Source: Burkholderiales bacterium
GTDB taxonomy: Bacteria; Pseudomonadota; Gammaproteobacteria; Burkholderiales; Thiobacteraceae
Length of the DNA stretch: 64,000 nt
Assembly (NCBI GenBank): GCA_018781585.1
Contig: JADMJT010000006.1
Span: forward strand, 11,116-75,115
Direction of reading: 5' to 3'
Made by a program: the position numbers and the translations under genes. A model generated the notes under the pieces. It ran no database searches. It was not told where the DNA came from and saw only the letters and a list, made by a program, of their open reading frames with translations. Below, one piece after another: positions 31,628-41,800 of the stretch (within the stretch, counting starts at the first letter, position 1; each line of letters opens with the position of its first letter).

Positions 31628-32133
31628 GAGACCTCCTGGGCATTCAACACTGACTCCATCTCGAACTCGGCCCCCCACTCGCCAACATGCTTTTCAGCGA
31701 GCTGCGTAATTTCGTTGTCAGACAAGCCCCCAAATTCCGTAACTAACCATGCTGCCCTTTCGCGAAGGTGTGCCAAATACTCCGAGCTTAATACATCAAG
31801 GAAACCAGCCGAACGGTCTGTCGCGGAAAAAAGGACACCGTGTTCCGTGTAATGGCGGTCAATAAGGCCCCGGCTGAGGAATAGCAGCAATCCATCTTCC
31901 AGCATGCTGCGGCGTACCAGCAATTCGCCACTACGATGCGGCGTCTGCGGATGAAGACCAATCGGCCCGCCAGGAATGTCGTCCGAGTGCACGAGCAAAT
32001 AGTCAAAGACAACAAGTCGTTGCAACGAGAGTGCCGAGGGATATGAATCGTTCAAAATGGCCAAAGCACGAAGTCCAATCTCAACGGGGCCGTTGAAGGG
32101 CGAGGGGAGGCGTGGCTGGTGTTGAGTAATCAC
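31618..32133 (-). CDS. lmuC: ABC-3C middle component (Lamassu LmuC-like)
   Basis: PFNGPVEIGLR...DYLLVHSDD...LHP; lies between effector and ATPase with GTGA overlap at 32130-32133. Confidence 0.75.
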   Translation of the reverse strand: MITQHQPRLPSPFNGPVEIGLRALAILNDSYPSALSLQRLVVFDYLLVHSDDIPGGPIGLHPQTPHRSGELLVRRSMLEDGLLLFLSRGLIDRHYTEHGVLFSATDRSAGFLDVLSSEYLAHLRERAAWLVTEFGGLSDNEITQLAEKHVGEWGAEFEMESVLNAQEVSWQ

Positions 32134-33212
32134 TTTACCCACCTAACTTTCTTGTCGTTTGCAAGCTGATGGCAGATACCGCCGCGATCCCGCACCGACA
32201 ATCTAGCATTTAGCGCGTGGCCTGTTAGCTGTAAAAGCCGTGCCGTCTTTACAACAGCCATAACCCGCCGGTATCCATCTTCGTGATGGGTGCGGAAATC
32301 ATCTTTAATCCCGCCGTGAACATCTTCTTGAAGCTTCTCGAATTCACCTGGTGGCAATGTGTCACGTGAAAATGCTCGCAGTGCCTCTGCACTATAGAAC
32401 TCAAGCCGAGAGTCACTGAAGTGTTCACATACGTCAGTCTCGCTTGCGATGTCACCGATGCGATCCACATTCCGCTTTAGGTGATCGGCGTATGCGTCTA
32501 ATAGCTGCCGCACATAATTCGCCTCGTGGTCTGCTGGATCATCTGGTGGCGTGTCCACTGGCGGCCTTAGTGGCAGCCCCCCTCCAAATCGTGCGACATG
32601 CCAACGTGTCTTTGCATGTTCATCAATGATCCGAAGTGGTGGAATAGCACTGAAGATCGAAAAATCTAGCCCATTGATGTATGCCGTGAGCGTGTCGTCA
32701 AGCTCAATGGTTGCAGTTGAAGTAATGCCCGCTCGGCAGTGCGCATCCCAATTGGCTATGAGCTGAGCACGCAGCTCGCTCGGTTTCTTTAGCATATTGG
32801 CCAGTTTTGTTCCTGCACCTTGTGGTGCCACGAAGAAATAGTGCCGGGGGTAGCTGTAGTCCCCGCGCCGAGTGTAGTAGACGAGCTTACCAAGTTCCAC
32901 CCAAATGTCCCCCGGACGCAGTGGGTCTTGATAGTGTTTGCACTGATAGTTGTCCCACTTGCTGTTGTCGAGCTTGCACGTCGCAATAACGTCCCGCCCC
33001 ATGTCCCCAGCACCCCCGCAACGCTCTACAAGGCTGTACTCATTACGGAGCGAGTCGGCCCACTCAAGAACAAATTCCTCCCACTGCCGGTCGCTAAAAA
33101 TCTTAATGCGCTCAATGGCAGGAATGGGAAGCCCTAGAGCAACAAAATCGGGTGGGACAGCAGCGGGTGCTGCGGGCGTTGGTAATGGCTTCGTTTGTGG
33201 GAACGCTGTCAT
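32130..33212 (-). CDS. lmuA: ABC-3C effector: Mrr-like nuclease + C-terminal domain (Lamassu LmuA-like)
   Basis: WEEF...GAGDMGRDV...YQCKHY nuclease motif; C-terminal GICHQLAND...W typical of ABC-3C CTDs; likely start ATG 33212. Confidence 0.78.
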   Translation of the reverse strand: MTAFPQTKPLPTPAAPAAVPPDFVALGLPIPAIERIKIFSDRQWEEFVLEWADSLRNEYSLVERCGGAGDMGRDVIATCKLDNSKWDNYQCKHYQDPLRPGDIWVELGKLVYYTRRGDYSYPRHYFFVAPQGAGTKLANMLKKPSELRAQLIANWDAHCRAGITSTATIELDDTLTAYINGLDFSIFSAIPPLRIIDEHAKTRWHVARFGGGLPLRPPVDTPPDDPADHEANYVRQLLDAYADHLKRNVDRIGDIASETDVCEHFSDSRLEFYSAEALRAFSRDTLPPGEFEKLQEDVHGGIKDDFRTHHEDGYRRVMAVVKTARLLQLTGHALNARLSVRDRGGICHQLANDKKVRWVK

Positions 33213-33248
33213 ATGGCTACTCCAAAAATAGTCCATCCGTGAAGCTGT

Positions 33249-36038
33249 CTATACCACCTTAAACACCTTCATCACCTCATCCCCCAGGTGATTGATAACC
33301 TTTACCGCAATCCGCCCTGACTTGGGTTTGTCGAAAGGCCGTGAGGTGTCGCTGTTGAGCGATGCCCAGGCTTCTTCGTTAATCTCAGCTTTGAGGGTGG
33401 TCTTGAGTGCTTTGTAGGGATCGTTTGCGCCCAAGAAATATGCATGGCGGACGAAGAAGCTTTCTTCGTTGTAGTCGGTGTCGATGAACCAGCAGGCGAT
33501 GCCTTCGGCGCCATCGCTGCGGACTTCTCCGGTGTTGGGGTGGAATACGTCCACGCCGTTGACCTTGACGCGGACTTGACCGGCTTCGGCTTCGATAATG
33601 TCGATGTCCGGCTCGCCGAAGATGACGAAGAGGTTGCCCTTGCCGGTATTTTTGAGATCGTCGGCCATATGCAGATCGGCGTTCATGCGCGCCTTGAGCA
33701 CGGGGATGCGGCCGAGTTTGTCGAATTCCGTTGAACGGGCGTCGTAGTTGAAGGCGCAGGCGATGAGCACATCGAAACCGGCATCGCCCGCTTCGCGTGC
33801 GGCTTCCACCAAGTCAGGGCGGGAGACGGTGCCAAACTCAGGTCCGATGAAGATGGCTGCGCGTTTTTCGCCGCCTGCATCCTCGTATCTCCCTTCGGCG
33901 CAGACCAGATCGCCCGGCCACGGAGTGAGGGAGGTAAAATTTATTTTGTCTTCCTTGTGCGCCTGCTGCACGCCAGCGGTTTTGAGATTTTCCAGGATCA
34001 TCTGGACGAAGTCGCGTTCCTCGCCGTAGCCTGCTTCTGTCTGGGCAGCGCGGTCGATCAGCTCGTCGTTTTCATCCACGGTCAGCACGCGGTGCGGCGA
34101 AAGGCTCTCCACCGTAAAGGGGCCAGCCACGCGAACCTTTTTCTTGTCCTCGTAAGGCTTGTCGTAGAGGTATTCGTGCTCAGCCTTGGCGGCGATGGAG
34201 GCGTCGATTTCTTTCTGGCGGGCGATGCGCGCACTCCACCAGTCAGTGTGCAATTTTTTCGCTGCGTCGGGCCACTTGGCGTCAGCCTCGCGGGGGATTT
34301 CCCATTCATGCCATTGCTTGCCCAGAGCCTTGTTCAGCTGTTCTCGTAGCGGCTCCAGCGTCTTCTGGAACTTGTCCCAAATCACGTCGATCTCGGCGTT
34401 GTTGGCGATGGATTTCAGGGTGACGTGCGGCACGCGCTCATAGACGAAGCCTTGGCGGATGTTGCCGCGTGTGGGCTGACTGGATGGCACGCTGCGGGTG
34501 ATTTCACCTTCCTTGACCTGCCCGTCGCGGCTGTCGGCGAGTAGGTAAAAGGGATAACGGGCGCCCATGATGCGGGCGCGGGCCAGGGCCAGCGCGACGC
34601 GGGAGGTGTCGAGGGTAATCCAGCGACGGCCCCACTGCTCGGCGACATAGGCAGTGGTGCCGGAGCCGCAGGTAGGGTCGAGGACGAGGTCGCCGGGATC
34701 GGTGGCCATCAAGAGACAACGCTCAACCACCTTGGTATGAGTCTGCACAACATAAGTTGGGTCGTCTTCGCCTCTCGTGTCATTCCAGACGTGAGATAGT
34801 TCTCGGTAAGGAAAATCATTGAAGTAGCGTTTGTAAATCCGCAAGCCCGACTGCTGGAGAAGTCGGCCAATTTTCCACAGCCGCCTGATGCCATCCGCCT
34901 GCGTCTTCCAATGACGATTTGGTTTGCAAGACAAAACAATCTTCTTGCCGCGCGCAACAACTTCGATGTCAGGATCATCTCCGCCTTTGGAGACTATGCT
35001 GTCTGTAGTAAGCAGCTTGGCACCGACAGGTAAACTGAGCTTGCCGCCCTCTGTAAAGCCACTAGCCGGCAGAAGCTGACCGTCGTCGAGTTCTACACGC
35101 TTGTATTCTTTTGCTCCAGAGTCACCTGGCGTCGTTTGCTCGTAGAATTTTCGATACTTGATGGCTTCAATTCGCTTGGCGTAAAACACTATGTAGTCAT
35201 GTGTCGTTGGGAGCGTGGAGGTTGTCGAGCCGCTCGTTTTCTGAACGGCGATGAGTGAGCAGAAGTTTTGCTCGCCAAACACCTCGTCCATCACTGCCCT
35301 TACCCGGTGCACATTCTCCTCCCCAATCTGCACAAAAATTGACCCGGAATCGGTCAACAAATCCCGCGCCACGGTCAGCCGGTCGCGCAGGTAGGTGAGA
35401 TAGGAGTGAATACCATCGCGCCAAGTATCGCGAAATGCCTTTACCTGCTCCGGCTCGCGGGTGATGTGGTCGGTGTTGCCGTCCTTCACGTCGCGGCTGG
35501 TGGTGGACCACTGAAAGTTGGAGTTGAATTTGATGCCATAGGGCGGATCGAAATAGATGCACTGCACCTTGCCGCGCAGCCCTTCACGCTCGGCAAGACT
35601 GGCCATGACTTGCAGGCTGTCGCCGAGGATCATGCGGTTGGCCCAGTGGGCATCGTGCTGGTAGAACTCGGTCTTGGCGTTGTCGTCGGGCAGGCCGTTG
35701 AAGTCGGCGAAGAGGTCATCCATTGTGCCCGGTTGCATTTTCTCACTCGCCTCGGTACGTCGGTGCAGGTCGTCGATGAGTACCTTGGGGTGGACCTTCT
35801 CCTGGATGTAGAGCGGCGGCGCATGAACGACGAGATCAGACCAGTCCTGCTCATCCTTGCCGCGCCACACAAGTTGCGGGTCAAGATCGCGGTTGCGGCG
35901 TTCATAGGCCACGCGGACGGGGCTTTGCTCTTCCTTCTGCATCACCGACTGGTATTCGGCGGTAGGAATGTTTTTGCGCGTGGCCTCGTCGTGCTTGAGG
36001 GTTTCGACGGTGAGCTTGGATGTGGGTTTTTTGGCCAT
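33249..36038 (-). CDS. mod: Type III R-M modification subunit (N6-adenine, beta-class)
   Basis: DPPY precedes LDPTCGSGTT (motif IV before motif I); starts 1 bp after the res stop. Confidence 0.9.
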   Translation of the reverse strand: MAKKPTSKLTVETLKHDEATRKNIPTAEYQSVMQKEEQSPVRVAYERRNRDLDPQLVWRGKDEQDWSDLVVHAPPLYIQEKVHPKVLIDDLHRRTEASEKMQPGTMDDLFADFNGLPDDNAKTEFYQHDAHWANRMILGDSLQVMASLAEREGLRGKVQCIYFDPPYGIKFNSNFQWSTTSRDVKDGNTDHITREPEQVKAFRDTWRDGIHSYLTYLRDRLTVARDLLTDSGSIFVQIGEENVHRVRAVMDEVFGEQNFCSLIAVQKTSGSTTSTLPTTHDYIVFYAKRIEAIKYRKFYEQTTPGDSGAKEYKRVELDDGQLLPASGFTEGGKLSLPVGAKLLTTDSIVSKGGDDPDIEVVARGKKIVLSCKPNRHWKTQADGIRRLWKIGRLLQQSGLRIYKRYFNDFPYRELSHVWNDTRGEDDPTYVVQTHTKVVERCLLMATDPGDLVLDPTCGSGTTAYVAEQWGRRWITLDTSRVALALARARIMGARYPFYLLADSRDGQVKEGEITRSVPSSQPTRGNIRQGFVYERVPHVTLKSIANNAEIDVIWDKFQKTLEPLREQLNKALGKQWHEWEIPREADAKWPDAAKKLHTDWWSARIARQKEIDASIAAKAEHEYLYDKPYEDKKKVRVAGPFTVESLSPHRVLTVDENDELIDRAAQTEAGYGEERDFVQMILENLKTAGVQQAHKEDKINFTSLTPWPGDLVCAEGRYEDAGGEKRAAIFIGPEFGTVSRPDLVEAAREAGDAGFDVLIACAFNYDARSTEFDKLGRIPVLKARMNADLHMADDLKNTGKGNLFVIFGEPDIDIIEAEAGQVRVKVNGVDVFHPNTGEVRSDGAEGIACWFIDTDYNEESFFVRHAYFLGANDPYKALKTTLKAEINEEAWASLNSDTSRPFDKPKSGRIAVKVINHLGDEVMKVFKVV

Positions 36039-36039
36039 A

Positions 36040-39000
36040 TTAAATTTCCTCCACCGCTGACTGGGTGGCCACTGAATCGATCATTTTATTGAACTCGGCT
36101 TCGACCTTCTTTGCGAAGTCGTGCTGCATTTGGTACACCTCGGTAAATTCCGCAAAGGCCCAGCGACCGTAGTTGCCCAGGTTGTTCACGCCGGGCACCC
36201 AGTAGATGTCCATGGTGTTTTTCTTTTCCTTGGCGTCTTCGCGGCGATAGCCCTTAATTTCGACAATGAGATGCAGCAAGTCGTCTTCGCCGTGGCCGTC
36301 ATCAACCAGCACGATGAAGTCTGGGATGTACTTGCGCGTTTCGGAGCCATAACGATATGGAACTTCCAGCCCGAGGTTGTGGTTTTTGACATAGGCTTTG
36401 ACGCGCGGGTGCGACTCTGCGACGCGGCAGAATTCACCCTCCCAGTCGCTGTCGAGGATCACCCAGTTGAGGTGGCAACGGCGGGCATCGGTCTCCCAGC
36501 GGTCCATCTTCGAGGTGTTGAAGTTGACATGCGCAGTGCTGCCCACTGGGTTGTAGGGGTCGAGCACGGCTTTGATCGGACGTTTGCCTAGATCAGATCG
36601 CGTGATGCCTGCCACGATGCGCTCGCAGGCCATATCGGCCAGCATTTTGTATTTGAGTTGCGCCGGATAGGTGCCGCCCTTGCACACCAGATAGCCTTCG
36701 ATCCACTGGCGAGCGATGCGCTTGAGTTGGCCGAACAGGTTGAGTTGAGGATCGCCGTTAGCGTCACGGAATTTTGTCAGTAGCAGATGTGAGGTGAGTT
36801 CGTAGATGACTTGTGATGGACGAACATCGCCGGTGTGTACCAGATTCAAATCCACTGTTTCGCCGATGATCCCGGAATTGCGCGTTTCGGTTGCGCCCAC
36901 CAGATCGGGGGTGAGTTCGAGCACGGAGTCGTCGTTGAATTCAGCGGAGAGACGATCTTCTGGCAACTCGGTGCGATAGCCTTGCACGCGCGGGAATGTA
37001 ATCTCGCAGTCATCACGATCGGGACGGATAGCTTTGACCTGGATGGTCTCGCGCGGTTTTTGCGGCGGCGCGACTACAGGTTTGGCGGTGAAATCGAAGG
37101 GGATGCCCAGCACGTCGGCGTATTCGACGTTGAACAGACCTTCCTCGTTGAGCTCGTAGGACTGGCGGCGCAAGGCGCGGCCAATTACCTGTTCGCACAG
37201 CAACTGGGTGCCGAAGGCGCGCACGCCCAGCACATGGGTGACGGTATTAGCATCCCAACCTTCGGTGAGCATGGATACAGACACGACGCAGCGGATGGAA
37301 TCGCCGAGGCGACCGGACTTGCCGACGGTGTTCATCACCTCGCGCAACAGTGAAGCGTCGTCCAGTTCCTTGCCTGCCCGCAGTTCATCGGCGAGTTTGC
37401 CGCCGCGTTCAAAAATCTCTTTGCGAAATTGAGTTATCTCGTCCGATGCCATATTGCGGAAATTGTCATCCAGGGCATCACCGGATTCGAGTTGCTCGCT
37501 ATCTATCAGCAGAGTGCGCGGACGGCCCAGCGGGTTGCCGTGTTCGTCGTGGTTGCGAAACAGGGCAAAACGTCCTTCCACCAGTTTGCTGGAGCCATCA
37601 TCATGTTGTTGCTGAAAACCGGAGATGTAGTCATAAACCAGCTTGGATGCGGATGTGTTGTTGCATACGACGATGAAGCAAGGCGGCACAGAGATTTTTT
37701 CTTTGGCCCAAAGCTCGAAGGTCTTTTCATAATGACCATATAGTGCTTCGAGTGCGGTCTGCAATTGGGTTGGCAGGTCGAGTGGGTTAAGCGTGTCGCC
37801 TTTGCCGCGCCCTTTCTTTGGCATCTTGGCGCGGATGTGTTCCCACAAATTGCGGAACATGGGCATTTCATTGCCGGGGATGTTATCTGCCACTGGCACG
37901 CGCGGTAGCTTGACGATGCCACATTCGATGGCATCCATCAGCGAGAAGTCGCTCATAGTCCAGGGGAACAAAGTGCCTTCAACATAGCCGGAGCCGCTCA
38001 GAAAGAATGGCGTGGCGGAGAGATCAATGACGCGGGGTACACCCAACTTGCGATTGACGGCTTCGAGGCCGGAAATCCATAAGCGTGCCGCCTCATTGTT
38101 TTCTTCGGCTTCCTTTTTCTCGTCGCCTTTCAGGTCTTCGTCATCGGTTTCTGCCTTCGGCTTTTCGCGGTAGCAGTGATGCGCTTCGTCATTGATGACC
38201 AGGACGTTTTTCATGCCCATCAATTCTGGCATGACACGCTGGAGCATTTGACCTTCGGTTTCGAGGGTGTCGAGTGGATCGCCGCCACGCCCTTGCAGCA
38301 GCAATCGCCCGCCTTTGGATAACTCCATGCGTTCGCGCAGTTTGAATGCGTGGTAGTTGGTGATGACGATTTTGGCGCGCTCCAGATCGCCCATCATGTC
38401 GCTGGGCACCAGTTCACGGCTTTGGTAGTAACTGTCCGGATCATTCGGTTGCAGCACGCGCAGGCGATCCTTGATGGTGAGTCCAGGTGCGACGACCAAA
38501 AAGCCGCGCGTGAATTTTTTGCTGGTGGGGCGGCGCACGGCGTTGATGGTCTGCCAAGCAATCAGCATGGCCATGACGGTGGTCTTGCCCGCACCGGTGG
38601 CCAGTTTCAGCGCCAGCCGCATCAGTTCGGGATTGGCATCGTTGTTGGCATTGGTCAGATAATCCAGAAACCGTTCCGCTGATTTGCCCAACTGGGGTGC
38701 GACTTCAGTCAGCCAGATAAGCGTTTCAACCGCCTCGACCTGACAGAAAAATGGACGAACGCCGCTGAAATTGTGATGCCGCCAATGTTGTAACAGCCGC
38801 GCAGTTTCTGGCGAGACGTGCCAAGTGTTGGGATTGGGTAAAGCACGCCATTTACCTACTTCCTGGCGAACCGCGTTGATGATGGCCGCCGTTTTTTGGT
38901 ATTCCTGCGCTTGGGTAGAGAGCCCCTTGTCATCGTCCAGCAACAACGATGTTTGTTCGGCTTGGCCTTTCCGTTTCTTAGGCTTAGGAAGTGGAGTTAT

Positions 39001-39126
39001 GTATTCTGCAGGACGGCGTTTATCAATTATCTGTTGTGTCGGCTGCCCATGGTCGAGTTCCCAATGACGAGATGGATGCTCGTAGGGGGAGTTGAGGATT
39101 GGTTTCTCGAAAAATTGGTTTTCCAT
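36040..39126 (-). CDS. res: Type III restriction subunit (SF2 helicase + PD-(D/E)xK nuclease)
   Basis: LATGAGKT, INDEAHH, LSATP, EGWD, QVIGRALR, C-terminal PDF...VEIKG; likely start ATG 39126. Confidence 0.9.
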   Translation of the reverse strand: MENQFFEKPILNSPYEHPSRHWELDHGQPTQQIIDKRRPAEYITPLPKPKKRKGQAEQTSLLLDDDKGLSTQAQEYQKTAAIINAVRQEVGKWRALPNPNTWHVSPETARLLQHWRHHNFSGVRPFFCQVEAVETLIWLTEVAPQLGKSAERFLDYLTNANNDANPELMRLALKLATGAGKTTVMAMLIAWQTINAVRRPTSKKFTRGFLVVAPGLTIKDRLRVLQPNDPDSYYQSRELVPSDMMGDLERAKIVITNYHAFKLRERMELSKGGRLLLQGRGGDPLDTLETEGQMLQRVMPELMGMKNVLVINDEAHHCYREKPKAETDDEDLKGDEKKEAEENNEAARLWISGLEAVNRKLGVPRVIDLSATPFFLSGSGYVEGTLFPWTMSDFSLMDAIECGIVKLPRVPVADNIPGNEMPMFRNLWEHIRAKMPKKGRGKGDTLNPLDLPTQLQTALEALYGHYEKTFELWAKEKISVPPCFIVVCNNTSASKLVYDYISGFQQQHDDGSSKLVEGRFALFRNHDEHGNPLGRPRTLLIDSEQLESGDALDDNFRNMASDEITQFRKEIFERGGKLADELRAGKELDDASLLREVMNTVGKSGRLGDSIRCVVSVSMLTEGWDANTVTHVLGVRAFGTQLLCEQVIGRALRRQSYELNEEGLFNVEYADVLGIPFDFTAKPVVAPPQKPRETIQVKAIRPDRDDCEITFPRVQGYRTELPEDRLSAEFNDDSVLELTPDLVGATETRNSGIIGETVDLNLVHTGDVRPSQVIYELTSHLLLTKFRDANGDPQLNLFGQLKRIARQWIEGYLVCKGGTYPAQLKYKMLADMACERIVAGITRSDLGKRPIKAVLDPYNPVGSTAHVNFNTSKMDRWETDARRCHLNWVILDSDWEGEFCRVAESHPRVKAYVKNHNLGLEVPYRYGSETRKYIPDFIVLVDDGHGEDDLLHLIVEIKGYRREDAKEKKNTMDIYWVPGVNNLGNYGRWAFAEFTEVYQMQHDFAKKVEAEFNKMIDSVATQSAVEEI

Positions 39127-39323
39127 ATTATGTTTTCTGAGGATCAATCCAATATTCAAATAGAGGCATGATGCCGTGCTCCGAGCTCACAGAGTGAGCT
39201 ACTCCCCGTAATTCGCCTGAGTTTTACCAAGCGCATTTACCACAATTTCACGCAATGCCTACGGTTCTAATACTTCTACTTCTAGCCCATGCTTCATGGA
39301 TATCGTTTTCTAAAAAACCCTTT

Positions 39324-39551
39324 TTATTCCTTGCCTGCTGGGCCAGGCGATCCTTCCACTATTTCCAATAGATCCCCTACTTCGCATTCGAATAAGCGGC
39401 ATATTTTTTCGATAGCGATCAGGTCTATGCGCTCTGCTTTCTCGTGGTAGAGCAAGGCAATCGTGTTTCGATTCAAGTCAGTAGCCTTCGCCACGTCGGC
39501 AATTTTCATCTTGTGCTCGCCCATTAGGCGGGACAGGTGGCACTTAATCAT
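39324..39551 (-). CDS. Small XRE/Cro-like HTH regulator
   Basis: HTH KIADVAKATDLNRNTIALLY; ICRLFECEVGDLL; GGAG RBS. Confidence 0.88.
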   Translation of the reverse strand: MIKCHLSRLMGEHKMKIADVAKATDLNRNTIALLYHEKAERIDLIAIEKICRLFECEVGDLLEIVEGSPGPAGKE

Positions 39552-39572
39552 TTAGACACTCCAAAATACGAA

Positions 39573-39646
39573 ACGCTACTTTGAATAGCGTAACAACCGT
39601 CAAGAACGCAAAAAGACTTTACAAATGCCATTTAACCGGCTAGAGT
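39573..39646. promoter_or_regulatory. Operator palindrome and sigma70-like promoter between XRE and AAA genes
   Basis: ACGCTA-N7-TAGCGT at 39573-39591; TTTACA-N17-TAGAGT at 39618-39646. Confidence 0.5.
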
Positions 39647-39689
39647 GCCATTCAGAATGACAAACCGCCTGTCTAGGAAGGAAGCTGTT

Positions 39690-40847
39690 ATGTCGGATGG
39701 TAGTGCAAAAGTGTGGCCGGGAGAAGACTTCAAGATGGATTCTTTGGAATCGGAGGAGACGCCGGAGTGCAAAGACACTGTAAAAGATGATCAGGAGACA
39801 ACTGCGGATAGCTCTCCGGAGCCAGGTGCAGAACCAGAAGCAGCTACGCCGTCCTGCCCTGCCAATCATATATATGTGCTCGACCCTATCGCCGTGCGCC
39901 GGATGACCAACCCGGTAACGGCCCGGCAACGTGGCGAGACACAGACCCGGCTGCGTGATTTGCTGCTTCAACACCAACATCTCGCCAGCCCGTATCCATT
40001 GCGCCCCTACCCGGCTGATATGGCGCAACGTTGGAAGAAGCTGCGCTCGAAGTTTCCAAATTTCAGCGAAGTGCTCGATCTCTTGGAGAAGCGCTACGCA
40101 CTCGCGCTGCTACGCCGGGACACGCCAGTTTCGTTTCCACCATTGCTTCTGCTCGGAGACCCCGGGGTCGGAAAGACGGCATTCAGCAAAGCACTGAGTA
40201 AGGAAATCGGCTTGTTTTATGGCGAAATTCAGATGTCTGGTCTCACAGAGGCATTTACGATTTCTGGGCTTGATGTCGGCTGGAGCAGCGGCAATCCGGG
40301 CCGCGTGTTTGAATATGTATCGGCCGCCAGGCATGCGAATCCTCTATTGCTGCTCGATGAATTCGACAAGTGTAGTCAAGGCGGCAGTGGTGGCGATCCG
40401 CACGCGCCCTTTCACGTCTTGCTCGAGCGTCATTCGGCGCAGCATTTCGAAGATATGGCAATTCGCCTGCCCGCAGATATGCGTTGGATCAATTGGGTTG
40501 CTACGGCCAATGAACCGCTCGCCATCCCAGCCTCATTGCTTTCCCGCTTCCGGCGAATTGTCGTGCCCAAACCTAGCCGCACGCAGATGACTGCCGTGAT
40601 TAATTCAGTCTACGAGGAGAAGCGCGATTCAGTGACGAACGGCGACTTGTTCGCACGGAAGCTCGACCAGTCAATCGTTGAACTACTTCTGGATCTCACG
40701 CCACGTGCGGTTGGTCTTGTCATCGAGGAGGCCATGGGCGCTTGTGCCAAGCGTTCACGACGCGGGCGATTGCTGCGTATCACGCCTGGCGATGTTTTTT
40801 TGCCGAAAAGCCACGAACAGCGGCGCATCGGTTTTTTCCCCAACTGA
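39690..40847 (+). CDS. Lon-like AAA+ ATPase lacking a protease domain
   Basis: GDPGVGKT, PGRV, NPLLLLDEFDK, GDP, ATAN, LLSRF, C-terminal RRIGF; likely start ATG 39690 after AGGAAGG. Confidence 0.85.
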   Translation: MSDGSAKVWPGEDFKMDSLESEETPECKDTVKDDQETTADSSPEPGAEPEAATPSCPANHIYVLDPIAVRRMTNPVTARQRGETQTRLRDLLLQHQHLASPYPLRPYPADMAQRWKKLRSKFPNFSEVLDLLEKRYALALLRRDTPVSFPPLLLLGDPGVGKTAFSKALSKEIGLFYGEIQMSGLTEAFTISGLDVGWSSGNPGRVFEYVSAARHANPLLLLDEFDKCSQGGSGGDPHAPFHVLLERHSAQHFEDMAIRLPADMRWINWVATANEPLAIPASLLSRFRRIVVPKPSRTQMTAVINSVYEEKRDSVTNGDLFARKLDQSIVELLLDLTPRAVGLVIEEAMGACAKRSRRGRLLRITPGDVFLPKSHEQRRIGFFPN

Positions 40848-40881
40848 TCACCAGCTAGCAATCCGCCACAGGAGAATTGAC

Positions 40882-41394
40882 ATGACACCCACTGCAACCA
40901 AGAAACACGAAGCGCGAGACCTTCCACCCCACGACCTGCCCACAGCTCTCGCCGCCCCAGTTGCGCTGATTGCCGACCTCGGCTGGGCTGCTGGGTTCAT
41001 CGACGGAGAGGGCTGCATTTCCGCGGTATGGCAGCGATACAAAGACCCAACTCGACGCACCTGCATTCGTATCAAGTTACAGGTGGCCCAGAACGATTAC
41101 AGCAGCCTTCGGCGGTTGCAAAATATTTTGGGCGTCCAAAGCGAAATCGTGCAGTTGAAGCGGACACAGGCACAAAACCGTCCGGTGTATTCCCTCAACT
41201 TTGATACTCGGCATGCGATCGGCGCACTGCTCAAAGTGGCGCCATTCCTGCATCGCAAGAAGATGGAAGCCGAAACCTGCTTCCAGCTCTGGGTGGAAGG
41301 CATGATGGGCGTGCGCTTCGGGCCCAAGCCTATCCCCGAGGAAATCTGGGCGATCCGGGAGAAATACTTGCTGAAGCTGCAGCGCCTGAAGTAA
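40882..41394 (+). CDS. Free-standing single-motif LAGLIDADG-family protein
   Basis: WAAGFIDGEGCI motif, VAQND, PFLHRKK; own RBS AGGAGA before ATG 40882. Confidence 0.8.
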   Translation: MTPTATKKHEARDLPPHDLPTALAAPVALIADLGWAAGFIDGEGCISAVWQRYKDPTRRTCIRIKLQVAQNDYSSLRRLQNILGVQSEIVQLKRTQAQNRPVYSLNFDTRHAIGALLKVAPFLHRKKMEAETCFQLWVEGMMGVRFGPKPIPEEIWAIREKYLLKLQRLK

Positions 41395-41530
41395 GAAAAG
41401 AAGCGGATCGTACTCACAGACTGCAGCCGAAACATAAAGGCTTTTCTAAACCTGCGGGGCCACGGCACCACCCCTGTAATTCATTTAAGGTTTTGCTATT
41501 CCCCACATAAAAAGCGCGGACCAAGCAAAA

Positions 41531-41800
41531 GACCGCTACGGCCGCACCGTCCGCCGCGTGATTTGCGTCGGGGCAGATGCCAACGCCGAGCAGCTGTGCC
41601 GCGGCATGGCTGAGGTATACAGCAAATACGTGCGCGACCAATCGCTCTATGAGATCGATGCCGAAGCCCGAGCAGCCCAGCGCGGTCTATGGTCAGACGC
41701 CAACCCGACGCCCCCTTGGAGTGGCGGCATAAATAGACCCAATCGCGCCAACGTACTGGGAGCAAGTTCAGAGGGCGTTCCTGCCCCTGGATCGGGTTGA
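41531..41800 (+). pseudogene. 5'-truncated thermonuclease (SNase-like) remnant
   Basis: DRYGRTV...NAEQLCRGMA...ARAAQRGLWSDANPTPPW is the SNase C-terminal half; N-terminal half absent. Confidence 0.75.

Noticed and set aside
39690..40847. BREX BrxL or true Lon protease
   Set aside because: No protease domain and no pglX, pglZ or brxC genes nearby.
40882..41394. Intein- or intron-encoded homing endonuclease
   Set aside because: It has its own RBS, start and stop, no intein terminal residues and no interrupted host gene.
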